Positions 12,930 through 26,019 of a DNA stretch of 64,000 bases are shown here, one piece after another. The notes beneath the pieces are model-generated. The model had not been told where the DNA came from. It was given only the letters and a program-made list of their open reading frames with translations, and ran no database searches. The stretch spans positions 123,036,007 to 123,100,006 of the forward strand of contig NC_068982.1 of the NCBI RefSeq assembly GCF_001194135.2, read 5' to 3'. The translations under genes were made by a program, and so were the position numbers. Position 1 is the first letter of the stretch. Each line of letters begins with the position of its first letter. This stretch comes from Octopus bimaculoides. Taxonomy: Eukaryota.

Positions 12930-13320
12930 GGAGATACTGATGATTTTGATTTTGCCTGGGATTGGGCAAATGTGTCTGTTAAATGCAGGATATAATTCTA
13001 TTTTCTCAACTTAAACTGTTTTGATATATCACAACACATTTTACACCATGCAAGGTCAATCTAAGCAATTACTTTCCCAAGATGTCAATCTGTAGAGATT
13101 TTAGTGGTTGCTTCATCTTATCCTTATACCTAATTGACTAGTCTTTCTTTGCAGCAATATCTCTCCACTTCTTGACAATACAAAATAATTTTTGGAATGT
13201 GGTCGTCTCTCATTCAAACAAAATGTCCTACTCATCTGCACTGAATTCTCAGCAGCATGTTTTGGATACTGGAGATATCACATTTGACTGAGATTTTGAC
13301 ATTTGATATTTTATCTTGAC
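12930..13320 (-). mobile_element. Decayed RTE-BovB-like LINE C-terminal fragment
   Basis: Minus strand IQNMLLRIQCR*VGHFV*MRDDHIPKIILY resembles IExMLLxxQLRWAGHVxRMxDxRIPKxLLY. Confidence 0.6.
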
Positions 13321-15520
13321 ATTAAAGTGTCTGACAAAATGTCTTACAGTATTTGTTTAATCCTGTAGAGGTCAACTTTGCCTTTCATCCCTCTAAGGTT
13401 GCTAAAATTAAGCACCAGCTATGAACTGGGGCCAGTGGTATCAACTAACTCTTTTTCTTCAAAAGTTATTAACTTGTGCCTAAATTTGTAACAGTTATAA
13501 AAAAGACTGAGAGCAGAATCATCAAGGCATTGGACAAAATACTTTGTGGCCTTTGTTCCAGTGCCTTATATGTTTTTATTTGATTTACTTAATTCCAGAT
13601 TTGATATTCATAGCAAATGCAAGCATATGGACAAATTTCTCTTGTCAGACTGGAGGACACCACCCTTCCTGGATTGAACAGCTGCTTCCCAGGCTTTGGT
13701 CTTACCCCTGTTGAATCTACAGCAGCTAGATTTTGACAGACGAAGGGATGCAACTCTGGGTTTTCTCCCTTTTCTTTCTTTTTCCATTTTTATTCACCCT
13801 TCATTTTCTTGTTCCACTTCTTGTGTGAACCTTCTCATTTTTTTCTTGTGTTTTCTCATGGACCAGTGTCCTTGTTTTCAAATAGGACTAACCGTGTGCA
13901 TTAAACCTTAAGAAAGATTGTTTGAAGATCAAGGTACATTAAATAATCTGCCAAATGACTGTCTTCCCATGGCATGAAAATATTAGTAGCTCTTATTTAG
14001 ATATTGTGTATATTAAATGAGATATGTATGTGTGTGTTTGTGTGCTCATCATTGTTTTAATGGCCAATTTTTTATGCAAGCATGAATCAGTCAAGATTTA
14101 TTGAAGCAGGCTTTCTACAGGTGGATGCCCTTCCTGTCACCAAACTTCACTTGTTTTCAAGCAAGGTAATATTTCTCCATGACTAGATATCTTTTTTATG
14201 GAAGATTGGAAATGCTTGTGTGATGGCAACACTCATAATTGTCACATAACATCAAAGCAACGAGACATAGACACCCACCTACAGACACGCGCGTGTGTGT
14301 GTGTGTGCGCACGACAAGCATTTCTCAGTTTCTGTCTACAAAATCCACACACACACACATGTAAATATATTTAAACTTTTAACCTTCAGCAACTCCAATT
14401 GCTCAGGGGGCACCACAGAAATGGTAAATGATTTATGGCACAAAAGAAATCACTTTAAACTGGCTAAAACAATATTTGGAAAGCAGTTGTGTTATGAAAG
14501 AGTAATTTTGAGGATCCAATCAAAGACTTTGTAATTTGAAAAAGGAGAAAATTTTCAAATATAAATAAAATGGAAGTATACAAAAACAAACATTATTTTC
14601 CATGTTATTGTTAGTTTCATTTCATTTAAATAAATAAAAATTTACTTAATGGTTTATAATTGTTTATATTTTGAATTACATATGTAGGGGTGTGCCAAAA
14701 TCTTATAAGTGCTTAGAGCCTCTGTGGATTATAATCTGATCCTATACAACACTGAATAGTCTCTCTCTTATTATTATTTTTTTTTTTTTGCTATAATTAA
14801 TTGAGAATATCCACTATCCTTTTTTTTTGAGTTAAGCTTCTTTAAAATGACATTTTCCCCCATAACATGTAAAACTTGAATACCAGAAACAGACAAAAAC
14901 AAAAACCTCTTCTAACTTTATGTCTGAGATGTAAACAACATAGAAGATGTGTTCTGTGTTATTTACATGGAACACATGAGCATAATGAAAGCAATGAAAC
15001 AGAACATCTTATCTCGTAATACTTGTAAAAAGTGTTGACCTCAGAATTGTAAGTTATAGAACACTTGCTTCCAGTACATCTATTGATTACAACAGTGAAC
15101 AAAATTTTTGATAGATGAACTGTACAATATTGTACATACACTTAACGATTCATTCATCATTACTACTGTAGAAGTCTAGGCTTGGCTTTGGAGCCAATAA
15201 GACTGAAACGTGTTCAGAGTTGTCACCTGTATTTTCTGAAATGATTAAAATAATATTAGTTATTGTGATACTGTTTGTCTTTTCCTCACCACATAAGTAT
15301 TTTTAATTTAGATTTTCTATGTTCATTCCATCAAATTTGTTAACACCGTACCTTTTGAAATCCAGATGTCTGTGTGGTTAAGAAGCTTGCATCATAACCA
15401 TGTGGCTTCAGATTCAGTCCCACTCTGCAACACCTTGAGCAAATGTCTTCTACAATAGCCGTAGGCTGACCAACATTTTGTGACTAAATTTGAGAGACAC
15501 AAAGTGTGTGGAAGCTCATC

Positions 15521-15534
15521 ATGTATGTGTGTGT

Positions 15535-15587
<53 letters not shown>

Positions 15588-15608
15588 TGCATGCATGTGT
15601 GTGTGTGT
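15521..15608. repeat. (TG)n microsatellite, representative of many (AT)n/(AC)n/(AG)n runs
   Basis: Other runs at ~17510-17650, 19820-19940, 22290-22370, 27150-27275, 27950-27995, 28528-28566, 34378-34412, 39090-39170 and 62056-62110. These generate the HTHT/YIYI/VCVC ORFs. Confidence 0.9.
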
Positions 15609-16544
15609 ATTCCCCACTACAGCTTGTCAACCAGTGTTGGTTTGTTTATATCACAACAACTTAGCAGTTTGGCAAAAGTGACAGAATAAGTTTCAGACTT
15701 AAAAAATAAGTACAGGGGTTGATCTGTTCGTTTAAAACCCTTTAAGGTGGTACCCCAGCATGGGTGCAGTCCAATGACTGAAACAAGATAGACAGTAAAA
15801 GATAGACAATAAAAGATAAAAAATAGCATCTCTGAATAATTAACCTGTATGATTTTTTTTCTCTTTTCAGTTTATAGTTGGATGACCTGAATTATTGATA
15901 GCTAAGTGACCTGTTCAAGGTCAAAGCACAGAACTGGTGATAAAAAAAAAAAAAAAATCGGCAAAACCTCGGCTGATTGTGTAGTTCCATTTCAAGTTAG
16001 CCATCTGTGGCACATGTAATACATAACACATTGATTTATTTGATTTATTAATAAGAGATGGTAGTTTTGAGAATTAGGTTACATCCTGTTCCCAACACCT
16101 CCATGGATTGATTAAAATGGAACTTAGTAGAAAAATCATGTTTGTTCATTAACAAAACAATGACACAGCTATTGGACTTTGGGAAGAAAGTTGTAGGACA
16201 GCACTAATTATCTAAAAACGGTATATATAATTAGTTGGGAAAAACCTCATTGGCATTAAAAACAAGTCTTGAATATCTGGTTCTTAAGGCTGTTCACATT
16301 GGCAAGTGCAGAAGTTGCAAGAATTATGAAATCAGATAGAGAGACAGAGGAGGGTTTTTCCCCTCTATTATATTATGCCACTCAAAGTATTCAGGTGACT
16401 AAGATACAAAGATCTCTTCTTAATTCTACTCTCTGAATGAATACACTGCAATGGTTTATTTTTAATGTTTATTCCTTGGTGAACAGGAAGATTTAAAACT
16501 CAGCATTTCAAGCTTTTGAAAATTTATTCATTACATGGTGTTGT

Positions 16545-16990
16545 CGTCATCATCATCATCATCATTTAACATCTGTTTTCCATGCTGGTATGGGTTGGGC
16601 TATTTGACAAGAGCTGGAAAATCAGAGGACTGTGCCAAGTTCTTTGGTCTGCTTTGGCATGGATTTTACAACTGGATGTCCTTCCTAATGCCAACCACTT
16701 TACAGAGTGTACTGGTTGCTTTTTGCATGGTATCAGCACCAGCAGAGTCACTTGCAAGAAAAAGACCACTCAACTGGGAAAGTGAGTTGTACAGGAAGCT
16801 GGTTTTGTACCAGTTGATGAGAGATTAAAAAAATAATAAGGAGATAGAGATAAGTGTCTTGTTGTGGAGGAAATACCTCAGTTGGAAAAGAAAGGAGGGA
16901 CAGAGAGACTTAAGAGAAAGACAGAGAGGGAGAGAGTAAAAGAAATGGTGGAGATATGTCAAGACAAACTCTTGTCTGTACTTAATTGTT
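16545..16990 (-). mobile_element. RTE LINE 3' UTR/tail fragment
   Basis: (CAT)n followed by TTAACATCTGTTTTCCATGCTGG, the same family as 1428-1860. Confidence 0.7.
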
Positions 16991-17556
16991 GTACCTATTT
17001 ACAGTTATGTAGTCTGGGCCAGTGATAGTTGAGCATCTCAGTTGCGGACACTGCACAGTCTTAGTGATGGGATATCAAGAACAGCTCTTCAACCAAATGA
17101 GAGGGGGGGGAGAGAGGGAGAGAGAGAGAGAGAGGAGTGGGGAAGAGAGGGCATGGTAGTTTAAAGATTAAAATCCATAAAATGGTTTATAATGTCATAC
17201 ATTGATGTTTTGCAATCCTTTTGAGTTGAGTAATTTTATTTATGTCACTGAAACATTTTACCTTTTATACATTCTAGAGAAATCAATAAACTATTTTGAG
17301 TGAGTGTATGTATATATATATATATGTAATATACATATACACACACATATAACATATATANNNNNNNNNNAGATTAAAATCCATAAAATGGTTTATAATG
17401 TCATACATTGATGTTTTGCAATCCTTTTGAGTTGAGTAATTTTATTTATGTCACTGAAACATTTTACCTTTTATACATTCTAGAGAAATCAATAAACTAT
17501 TTTGAGTGAGTGTATGTATATATATATATATGTAATATACATATACACACACATAT

Positions 17557-17592
<36 letters not shown>

Positions 17593-17834
17593 TATTTATA
17601 CATATACATACATATTTATGTATATATGTATACACATAAACACACACACATGTATAAACAATAAGCTTCTTTCAGTTTCAGCCTACCAAATCCATTCACA
17701 GTACCAGATCCACTCACCAGGTCTTGGTCAGCCAAGGACTATAGTAGAAGACACTTGTCCAATGTGCCATACACTGGGACTGATCTTGAAATCATATAGT
17801 TGAGAAGCAAATATTTTAACAACACAGCCACATC

Positions 17835-17869
<35 letters not shown>

Positions 17870-17871
<2 letters not shown>

Positions 17872-18555
17872 TCATCATCAGCACATCATTTAATGTTCAC
17901 TTTCCATGCTAGCATGAGTTGGACGGTTCAACTGGGGTCTGGGAAGCCACGAGGCTGCACCAGGCCCTAATCTGATCTGGCAGTGTTTCTATAGCTGGAT
18001 GCCTTTTCTAACACCAACCACTCCAAGAGTGTAGTGGGTGCTTTTTACGTACCACTGGCACAGGAGCCAGTGGAGCTGACATTGACTACGATTGGATGGT
18101 GCTTTTTATGTGCCACTAGCACAGAAGCCAGTCAAAGCAGCACTGGCATCAGCCACGTTTGGATGGTGCTTTTTGCATGCTACTGGCATGAGGGTCACAA
18201 CTACAATTTCCATTTGATTTGATTTTGATATTGATGTTGAAGTTGATATACTTGACTCAATAGGTCTCCTCGAGCACAGCATGTCACCCTACGATCCAAG
18301 GTACTTTTGAGTGGGCTGGTTATATGAAACTGGTGTAGGTTACAGCTGCGAACTCACTTTATTTGCCGAGTCTTCTTAGTCACAGCATACCTCCAGAGGT
18401 CTCAGTCTTTTGTCATTGCCTCTGTGAGACCCAACGTTCGAAGGTCATGCTTGACCACCTCATCCCATGTCTTCCTTGGTCTCCCTCTACCTCGGATTCC
18501 TTCCACTGTTTGGGAGTGGCACTTCTTCACACAGCTCTCCTCGTCCATCCACAGT
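17870..18555 (-). mobile_element. RTE LINE 3' end (C-terminal ORF + UTR)
   Basis: MDEESCVKKCHSQTVEGIRGRGRPRKTWDEVVKHDLRTLGL on the minus strand, plus UTR and (CAT)n tail. Confidence 0.85.
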
Positions 18556-19540
18556 ACAGGCAGATTCTCTGACATCTGATTTTCGATGCAATGTTTTGCA
18601 TCCTTTATATACAATATATTGAAAATCAGCTGCCGGAGAATCTGCCTGGGGTTTGTATCAAACAATCAAACAGCTTCATGCTAGGTATGTCACCCCATTC
18701 TTGTGTTTTCATGTCTGAAGAATGAATGTTATGCTCACTGATCCAGATGGTCAATGCAATTTTCAAATACAATAATGAGAGAATATCGATCGGAAAGAGG
18801 AATAAAGTCTGCTGATCAATCTAGCTAAACTGTGAAATAATGAGAGAAAAGGGGGAAGAGAAACATTAGCTAGAGACTATATACCTAAACCACCAGAGTT
18901 GAGTTAAGACATACTATTTGTAGAGAAATCCATTATGGTGATAACACATAGACTCTTGAAGATTATTTCATCAAAGTTTTCTAATCTAGCTGATGAATCA
19001 CATGGTGATAATTGTAACATATGGTCCTGTCACAGTATACTCAAACAACTTTTCAATATAAAGAATGTTTAGTGCTTCTCAATTTCATTGAGGTACCTTA
19101 ACATCAGTGATTACTCAACAAATTTTTCAACAATACTTTCAGCTGCTTTCTGGTTATGGGCATCCTGAGAATTATCCAGTTTGATATCTCAGGAATTGAC
19201 ACAATCAGCAACAGTTGATAAAACGAACTGGCAATCTCATGATGTCTTTTAAAATTGCAACTGGTAACCAACAGGTCACCTTTTGAATCGTTCACTATAA
19301 AGTCAAAGTTATTGAATGAATTAATAACCAGTCTATCATCTTCCTGTACAGTGTTTTAATCATTCTCCCTTAACTGTTACACTGGGGAGATTGCAAGCAT
19401 TGAATGTTGAATTAATGGACTTGGCAATCTCATTGACTACCACTGAGAATAAGACTGAGCTTGGTCAATCTTCCTATTGAATTGTTATACAAGAAAAAAT
19501 CCTTTTGATGCCAAAGAACAGCTTGGCTCGCAAATTTCAT
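18555..19540 (-). mobile_element. Highly decayed CRE/SLACS-like non-LTR retrotransposon RT region
   Basis: Minus-strand fragments resembling GxQQGDLL (~19275), NW..YLDDA (~19175) and LNSGGLGI.S.ANVSLP (~18860-18905), in the order expected for CRE-clade RT. Many frameshifts. Confidence 0.5.
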
Positions 19541-20474
19541 ATAAAATTATATAATTCACTTGCATGGAATTTTACTGTATCCAGTTTATGTGTGTGTGTA
19601 CATATATATGTATGTATATGTACATGATGGTGTAGATGTAGTTAAGAAGTTTGTTTTACAGCCTCATGAATTCATGGATGACACCTTGGGCAAGTGTCTT
19701 CTACATAGCCTTGGACTACTTAATGCCTTATGAGTGAAATTGTATGAAAGCCTGCTGTAAATTCATAAATGTAAAAACGTGTGTGGGTTGAGTAGGAGAT
19801 TTAGGGCTTCCTATCATGATATATACATACATACACACATACATATATGTATGCATACATACATATATACATACACACATACATATACATGCATGTATAC
19901 ATACATACTTGCACACACACATATTTACATATATACATACAAAGATAAATATATAACATTAAAACAAATTATAATGACCATAAAGCTGCAAAAACAACAG
20001 CATATGTTCTTGCCTACTTACATCATCTTAACAGTTCTGTTTGATTACATTGGCTTCATTCCAAATGTACATTAGATTAGAATAAAACAGCTGAACATGC
20101 ATCACTGTTGCACTAATCTGTTGTCTATGAAAGCATGTTTGAAGATTGATGTCTACAGGCTCTTAGTAGAACAAACTACTGCATAGTTGTTATTTCTTTC
20201 ATTTAGTATTGTCATTAGTCTAAAAAAAAGTAGTGGGTGTTTAATAGAGGTGGTGCTGAAAATAAGTAGAATAAGAATTAAATAAATAGATGCAAATGTA
20301 TGTGCATGTGCATATACACACTTATAGTCCACACTGTAAAGTGGTTGGCACTAGGAAGGGCATCTGACTGTAGAAACCTTGCCAGATCAGATTGGAGCCT
20401 GGTGCAGCCTTCTGGCTTGCCAGTCCTCACTCAGACTGTCCAACCCATGCCAGCATGGAAAGCAGATGTTAAAC

Positions 20475-20984
20475 TGATATGTCTCAAATTATGATGGCAT
20501 ATTTCGTCATCTGTGTGACTGGCCCAAACATTGTACCTTACTGACTGACACTACTTACTGAGTCTGTCCACTATTTATTAGTAGTGGACTAGCCCACTTC
20601 TCACCTGGGGGCGTCTGCCAAAACACCTTACCACTTTGAGATTTTTTTCTTCTTTCAACACACTTTTTTTTCATTGCATGAGCTTTGAATCCTCATCACC
20701 ACTGATATTTTTTACTGCGTGAAGTTAAAATCTCACCTCAGGATTTTTAACATTTTTCCACTTCGTGAGCTCCGAATCCTTGTCGCCACTGATATATGAT
20801 ACTGTTATACAATGGGAGGTATCTTCATTGCCACTGATATGTCCCACATTATGACAACATATTTCGTTGTCTGCGTGACTGGCCCATCAGCGTACCTCAC
20901 TGATTGACACTACTTACTGAGTCTGTCCACTATTTATTGGTAGTGGACCAGCCCACTTCTCACCTGGGGGCGTCTGCCACAACA
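20475..20984 (-). mobile_element. Miniature non-autonomous LTR retrotransposon (TRIM-like), complete
   Basis: Direct repeats 20475-20625 and 20835-20984, both TG...CA and about 88% identical by eye. 5-bp TSD TAAAC at 20470-20474 and 20985-20989. PBS-like TGGCAATGAAGAT one base after the 5' LTR on minus, and purine tract AAAGTGGTAAGG abutting the 3' LTR. Confidence 0.85.
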
Positions 20985-20989
20985 TAAAC

Positions 20990-21770
20990 GAGAGACATAG
21001 TGGTAGAGTGTGTAAGAAGTTCTCTAGTTAAGTGTGGGTAGGACACACAGCACTTCTAGAACTCAGTTTCGCTGACATTGGCAGATCTTCTCTAGACTTC
21101 ACTGACATGGGCGGGTCTTCTACAATTAGTCCTTCTTTAATAGAATATCCTTAGAGTTGGCACTGTCAATGTAGGCTCATTGAAAGTAGGTCTGGTGAGA
21201 CTGCTGTAATACTTGAATGGAGGTGTACCAGAGTACGCTACATTCAAGAAGTATAAGAGGCATCAGATGTAATGTGCAAAAAAGTAGACTGTACTGCTGT
21301 AGTCATGTGATGTGTATGGACGAAGATGGCTGATCTTTAATTGTGGAAGGAACTTGTGAAAGATGTGGGCTGAGGTGGTGAAATATAATCTTTAGTTGTT
21401 GAGTCTCACAGAGGTGATGACAAGTGACCAAGGCTGCTCCCAGTTTGCTATGCTTGAGAAGACACACGAAGTTAAGTGAAATCAAGGTTGTGGCCAGTGC
21501 TGGTGACACATATCAGGCATCAGTGATAAATGAAAGACACCCAGTACACTCTCTAGAGTAGTTGGTGCTAGGAAGGGAATCCAGCTGTAGAAACCAAACC
21601 AAAACAGACTGGGGCCTGATGCAACTTTCAGGTTTACCAGCTCCAGTCAAACTGTTTAACCCATGCCAGCATAGAAAATGGATGTTAAATTTGGCATTTT
21701 TCCAAAGACTGATATTGGAATAGTAATAAATCTTACAACCTTACAGATGTTAAATGATGATGATGATGAA
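20990..21770 (+). mobile_element. Internally deleted RTE LINE (5' UTR + ORF start joined to 3' end)
   Basis: VGTVNVGSLK...YIQEV (~21160-21255) is the APE start. Decayed RxTCEE / HLRLLS C-terminal sequence follows from ~21310, then the UTR and GATGATGATGAT tail at ~21757-21769. Confidence 0.7.
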
Positions 21771-22291
21771 ACTTAACTGCTATCTTTATGAGGTCAAATG
21801 ACAACATAGAAGCTTTTTTGTTTTTAATGGCTCAAGGTCTCACTAATGCTATCAAAAGGAATGTTGTGTTAACCTTGGTGTTTGATACAAGTTTGAATGA
21901 AAGAGCTGTGGCAATGATGACCAAATAGTGCAAGCGGCATTGTCAGTCCAGGCATTTCTCCAAAGATTGTTACTGGAACATAAATTCTACAAACTTGTTG
22001 ATGTTAATAGCAGCAATCTTTGGTACTTACATCTAGTAGATCAGGGCTTTGAGAGGTAAGTGTTCTGGTCACAGATACATTGCAATGCCATTCAGCATTA
22101 TGATTATTCTACCTCCCAAGGCCTTATCATATCAATCATTTTGAGTACTTGTAGTGTGTTAGAATCTGTGTGTGTTAGCACCAAGGGATAATGTTAAGCC
22201 CATAAGTGATTAATTGATAATAAACAATACTAAGACAGAACCATTAGAAGGACTCCCCAATACCCTGTTAAAGCTTTGTGATAAAATCAGA

Positions 22292-22326
<35 letters not shown>

Positions 22327-22653
22327 ATGCATGTGTTTGTGTGTGTGTGTGTGCGTGCGTGCACACGTACACATGCATGCATGAGTGAGCATGTGTGTAC
22401 AGAATATAAAGAAGCTGAAGGGAAAGGAGAGTGGCAAATAGAATGAAAGAAAGAAAGAGAGACAGATAGAAGAAGGGAGAGGAGTGAGAGAGCAATAGAC
22501 AGGTAAAAAGAGCAGCTGTTATACTGTTCCTCATGACCAAATTGAAAGAGCACACAAGAGAAGAAAACTCAGTTTAATTTTATAAATGTTGCCAATGGTT
22601 TTATGATATTTTGTAGTTGTAAATTCCATTTTGATATTTTATTAGTTATACAG

Positions 22654-22875
22654 TAACTCTTTTGTTACAAAATTTATATTGAAATTCACTGCTTTTGTTT
22701 CAATTAATTTTGAAAATAATGCAGAATTTAGTAAAACAATCTTGTTATTATTAAACTAGTATTTGTAGTACAAATTAATGTGAAGTTTAGATGGGAGTTT
22801 TTAATAAAAATCACTTTAAAGTTTGCACCACAGGACCAAGGGTGGTGTCAGGCAGGTTGGTATCAAAAGGGTTAA
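22654..22875. mobile_element. piggyBac-type MITE, degenerate left end
   Basis: Ends GGTTGGTATCAAAAGGG-TTAA, and the body matches the copy at 54538-54732. Confidence 0.6.
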
Positions 22876-22884
22876 ATATTTTTG

Positions 22885-23760
22885 AGTGTTGGGCCCCACA
22901 AAGGCAATGACCAAGACCTTTAGCATTATGTCATGCTTGAGAAGAAGACCCATCAAGCCAAGCCTAGCAAAATTGCAGACATGGCATAAACTGGTGTCAC
23001 GCAAATGGTGTCCATGCTGGTGGCACGTAAAAACACCCATTATGTTCTTGGAGTGGTTGGCAATAGGAAGGATATACAGCTGTAGAAAACCATGCCAAAT
23101 CAGACTGGAGCCTGGTGCAGCCTTGTTGCAGGCCAGCCCAGTCAAACCATCCAGCCCATGCCAGCATGGACAATGGACATTAAATATTGATGATGATGAT
23201 GAAAATGAGAATGGAAACAGGATCTTATACTCTATAACTGTTGGGCTAAGAAAAAAGCAGTTCAAATTGCCTTATTCATTGTCATTATGATAATCATCAT
23301 GATTGTCAATGTCCCCTATTGGCATGAGTTGGATGGTTTGACAGGATCTAAAGGTCCAGACTACATCATGCTCCACTGTCTACTTTGGCATGGTTACTAT
23401 GCCTGGATACCATTTTTAATACTAACCACTTTACAGTGTGTAATGGGTGCTTTTATTGTGCCACCAGCACCACTGAGGTTGCCAAGCAGCTTGCATGACT
23501 ATGAACCCTGAGAAAGGTATCTTTATGTAAAGAGATGGGAGAGTTAAAGGACATCCAGCTGTAAAAACCATGCCAAAACTGACCATGCATGGTGCCATGT
23601 AAAAAGCACTCAGTCCACTCTGTGAGGTGGGAAGAGCATCCAGTCGTAAAAATCATGCTAAAACAGACACAGAAGCCTGGTGCAGTCTTCTACCTGACCA
23701 GCTCCTGTCAAACTGTCCAACCCATACTAGCATGAATGGAGGATAAACAACGATGATCAC
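22885..23760. mobile_element. Cluster of three RTE 3' UTR fragments (+, -, +)
   Basis: Tails at ~23185-23202 (+), ~23285-23300 (-) and ~23745-23757 (+). Confidence 0.65.
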
Positions 23761-24059
23761 AATTCAATAAAATGACTGGTCGTCTGATGGGGCTTCACAG
23801 TTTCAATCAACCAAATTCCAATTATAAAGCTTTGATTAATTTCAAGGCCACAACAGAAGACACTTGCCCAATGTACTGTACAATGTGATTAGCCTTGGTC
23901 CATGAGCAATCTCATGCATTAAAGAATAAGAAATTTTCTCACTCTCTGAAGTGTATAGAATTAATTTTGAATAAATTAATATTAATTATAGCTGAATTAC
24001 TAGGTTGGAAAACAGACAGCAATATTAATCAAATCTAGTAAAGTATGCAATGAAAGAGG

Positions 24060-24520
24060 GAGACATGCAGTTGCTTGAGCTGCTAGATGTAGCAGTCAAA
24101 TCTCCCTCAAATCACAACTTAATGTCTTAAAAAAGGACACATTAGATAATGTAGTCCAAGACATCTCTAAAAATCAATATAGTCACAAGTTGAATGTTTT
24201 TAAACATAGGTGTTCCAATCAGAGTTGGTCAGACTCTCCATTGGTTATGATGATGAGTGTTCCTGTTGAAACAATCAATGGAACATCCTGTCTGTGAAAT
24301 TAACGTGCAAGTGGCTGAGCGCTCCACAAATATGCATACTCTTAACAGGAAGATTCAGCATGACGCACTGATTGTGACAAGGCTAGTAACTGCAGGTGCT
24401 ACTCATTTTTGCCAGCTGCATGTACTGGAGCAACATGAAATAAAATGTCCTGCTCAAGCACACAATGTGCTGATGACCTTACAATCATGAATCAAATATC
24501 TCAGTCACTGAGCTACATGT
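24060..24520 (+). mobile_element. Second SINE family with conserved core TTTTTGCCAGCTG..GACTGGAGCAAC.TGAAAT
   Basis: The same core recurs at ~33340-33400. Confidence 0.55.
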
Positions 24521-24679
24521 CTTCAAGTTGACTAGAGCCTAAGCAAGAACAACAAATTTTGTTAGGACAATGACATAACTCCAAAATTCTTAATTCACTT
24601 CAATTACAATTATGTGTCCAAGTTCAAAGACCAGTATTAGTTTATTTTATCTTTGCAACTCCAAACATGTTTTATTATT

Positions 24680-24985
24680 AACATTACCAAGCTGGGCGAA
24701 ATGCTTAGCTGTATTTCATCTGTCTTTACGTTCTGAGGTCAACTTTGCTTTTCATCCTTTTGGGGCCAATAAATTAAGTACCGGTTGCATACTGGAGATT
24801 GATTTAATCAACTGGGCCCCTCCCCCAAAATTTCAGGCTTTGTGCCTAGAGTATAAAAGATTATTAAATCTCCTTAAGGCAGTGAGCTGGCAGAATCATT
24901 AGCATGCTAGACAAAATGCTTAGAGGTATTTCATGTCTTTATGTTCTGAGTTCAAATTCCACTGAGATAAACTTTGCCTTTCATT
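24680..24985 (+). mobile_element. Third SINE family (head GCAGTGAGCTGGCAGAATC...GTTCTGAGTTCAAAT...GGTCAACTTTGCCTTTCATCC), two adjacent copies
   Basis: B-box-like GTTCAAAT. Further copies at ~13370-13440, 45120-45290, 45462-45660 (-) and 46845-46985 (-). Confidence 0.65.
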
Positions 24986-26019
24986 CTTGCCTTCTTCAAT
25001 TATTATAGGACCTTCTGCTCCCAGAGCTCGAATACAGTCTTGTTCTGCTTTGTCAGATTTCTCTTTGGAACTTAGATTTTGTTATTGACTCCCTATGCTG
25101 ATTTACACAAATTATGGCAAATATAATCTTTTATTTTTTGCTTGTTTCAGTCATTAGACATCAGTCATGCTGGGGCACTGCCTTGAAGAAATTTAGCTGA
25201 ATGAACTGATCCCAGTACTTAGCTTGGCACTTATTTTGTCAGTCTTTTTGCCAAATTGCCAAGTTATGGGGACATATTCAAACCAACACCAGTTGTGAAG
25301 GGGTGGTGAGAACAAACAAATATACACGCAGACACACACACAACATGTTTCTTTCAATTTCCATCCACCAGATACCAGATTCTCTTGCAAGGCTCTGGTC
25401 AGCCAAGAGCTATAGTATCAGAGACATGCCCATGGTGCTATGCAGCTGGACCTAGATGTATGTAGTTGGGAAGTAAACTTCTTTACCAGACAGCCACGCC
25501 TGTGACTAATGACTGAAGAAAATTATCCAGAATGCCTGCTGCATGAAACACGATAGCTGAGCAAACTTAATACACTGAGTTAAAACTAAGAAACTTAATA
25601 CAATGAGCAAAATTATAATGATCATTGCGGTGAGTAAACGAAAACATAGGCTCAATGACTAATGGTAATCAAATTAGGTTAAAGTTAAAGGGGGTGACAA
25701 ATTCAATATTTTAATTACTTAAAATTAGATTTATACATGCAGTGAAGAAATTAAAATATTCATTCGAAGACTAATATTCATTTAGTCTGATCTTCAGCAA
25801 ATTTAGCGATAACTAGATGTTTCAGTCTTATTAGACCTTATCAGAGCATAACCTTTTTTTCAGCATTTATATAATCTTTGATATTTTCAGAAACATTGAT
25901 GCTCAGTTAGATATAAATTAGCTAGTTCTGAAAATTGAGATATTTGTACATAAAAGACAAAATCGATTCACTAATTTATAAGCCTTTTGCATAAACTTGA
26001 CTGCATTAAAATGCTATTA

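Noticed and set aside
15150-15238. Possible minus-strand terminal exon (ttcag|..NTGDNSEHVSVLLAPKPSLDFYSSNDE*)
   Set aside because: No recognisable homology or partner exons. The plus strand contains AATAAGACTGAAAC, shared with ~25825-25840 (minus) and resembling Penelope-like element ends.
17164-17570. ~195-bp direct duplication (17164-17360 and 17371-~17570)
   Set aside because: The identical copies sit on either side of a 10-N gap and end in (AT)n, which is the typical signature of unmerged contig overlap.
15392-22555. HTHT/YIYI/VCVC/LSLS-rich ORFs in the track
   Set aside because: They are translations of dinucleotide microsatellites.
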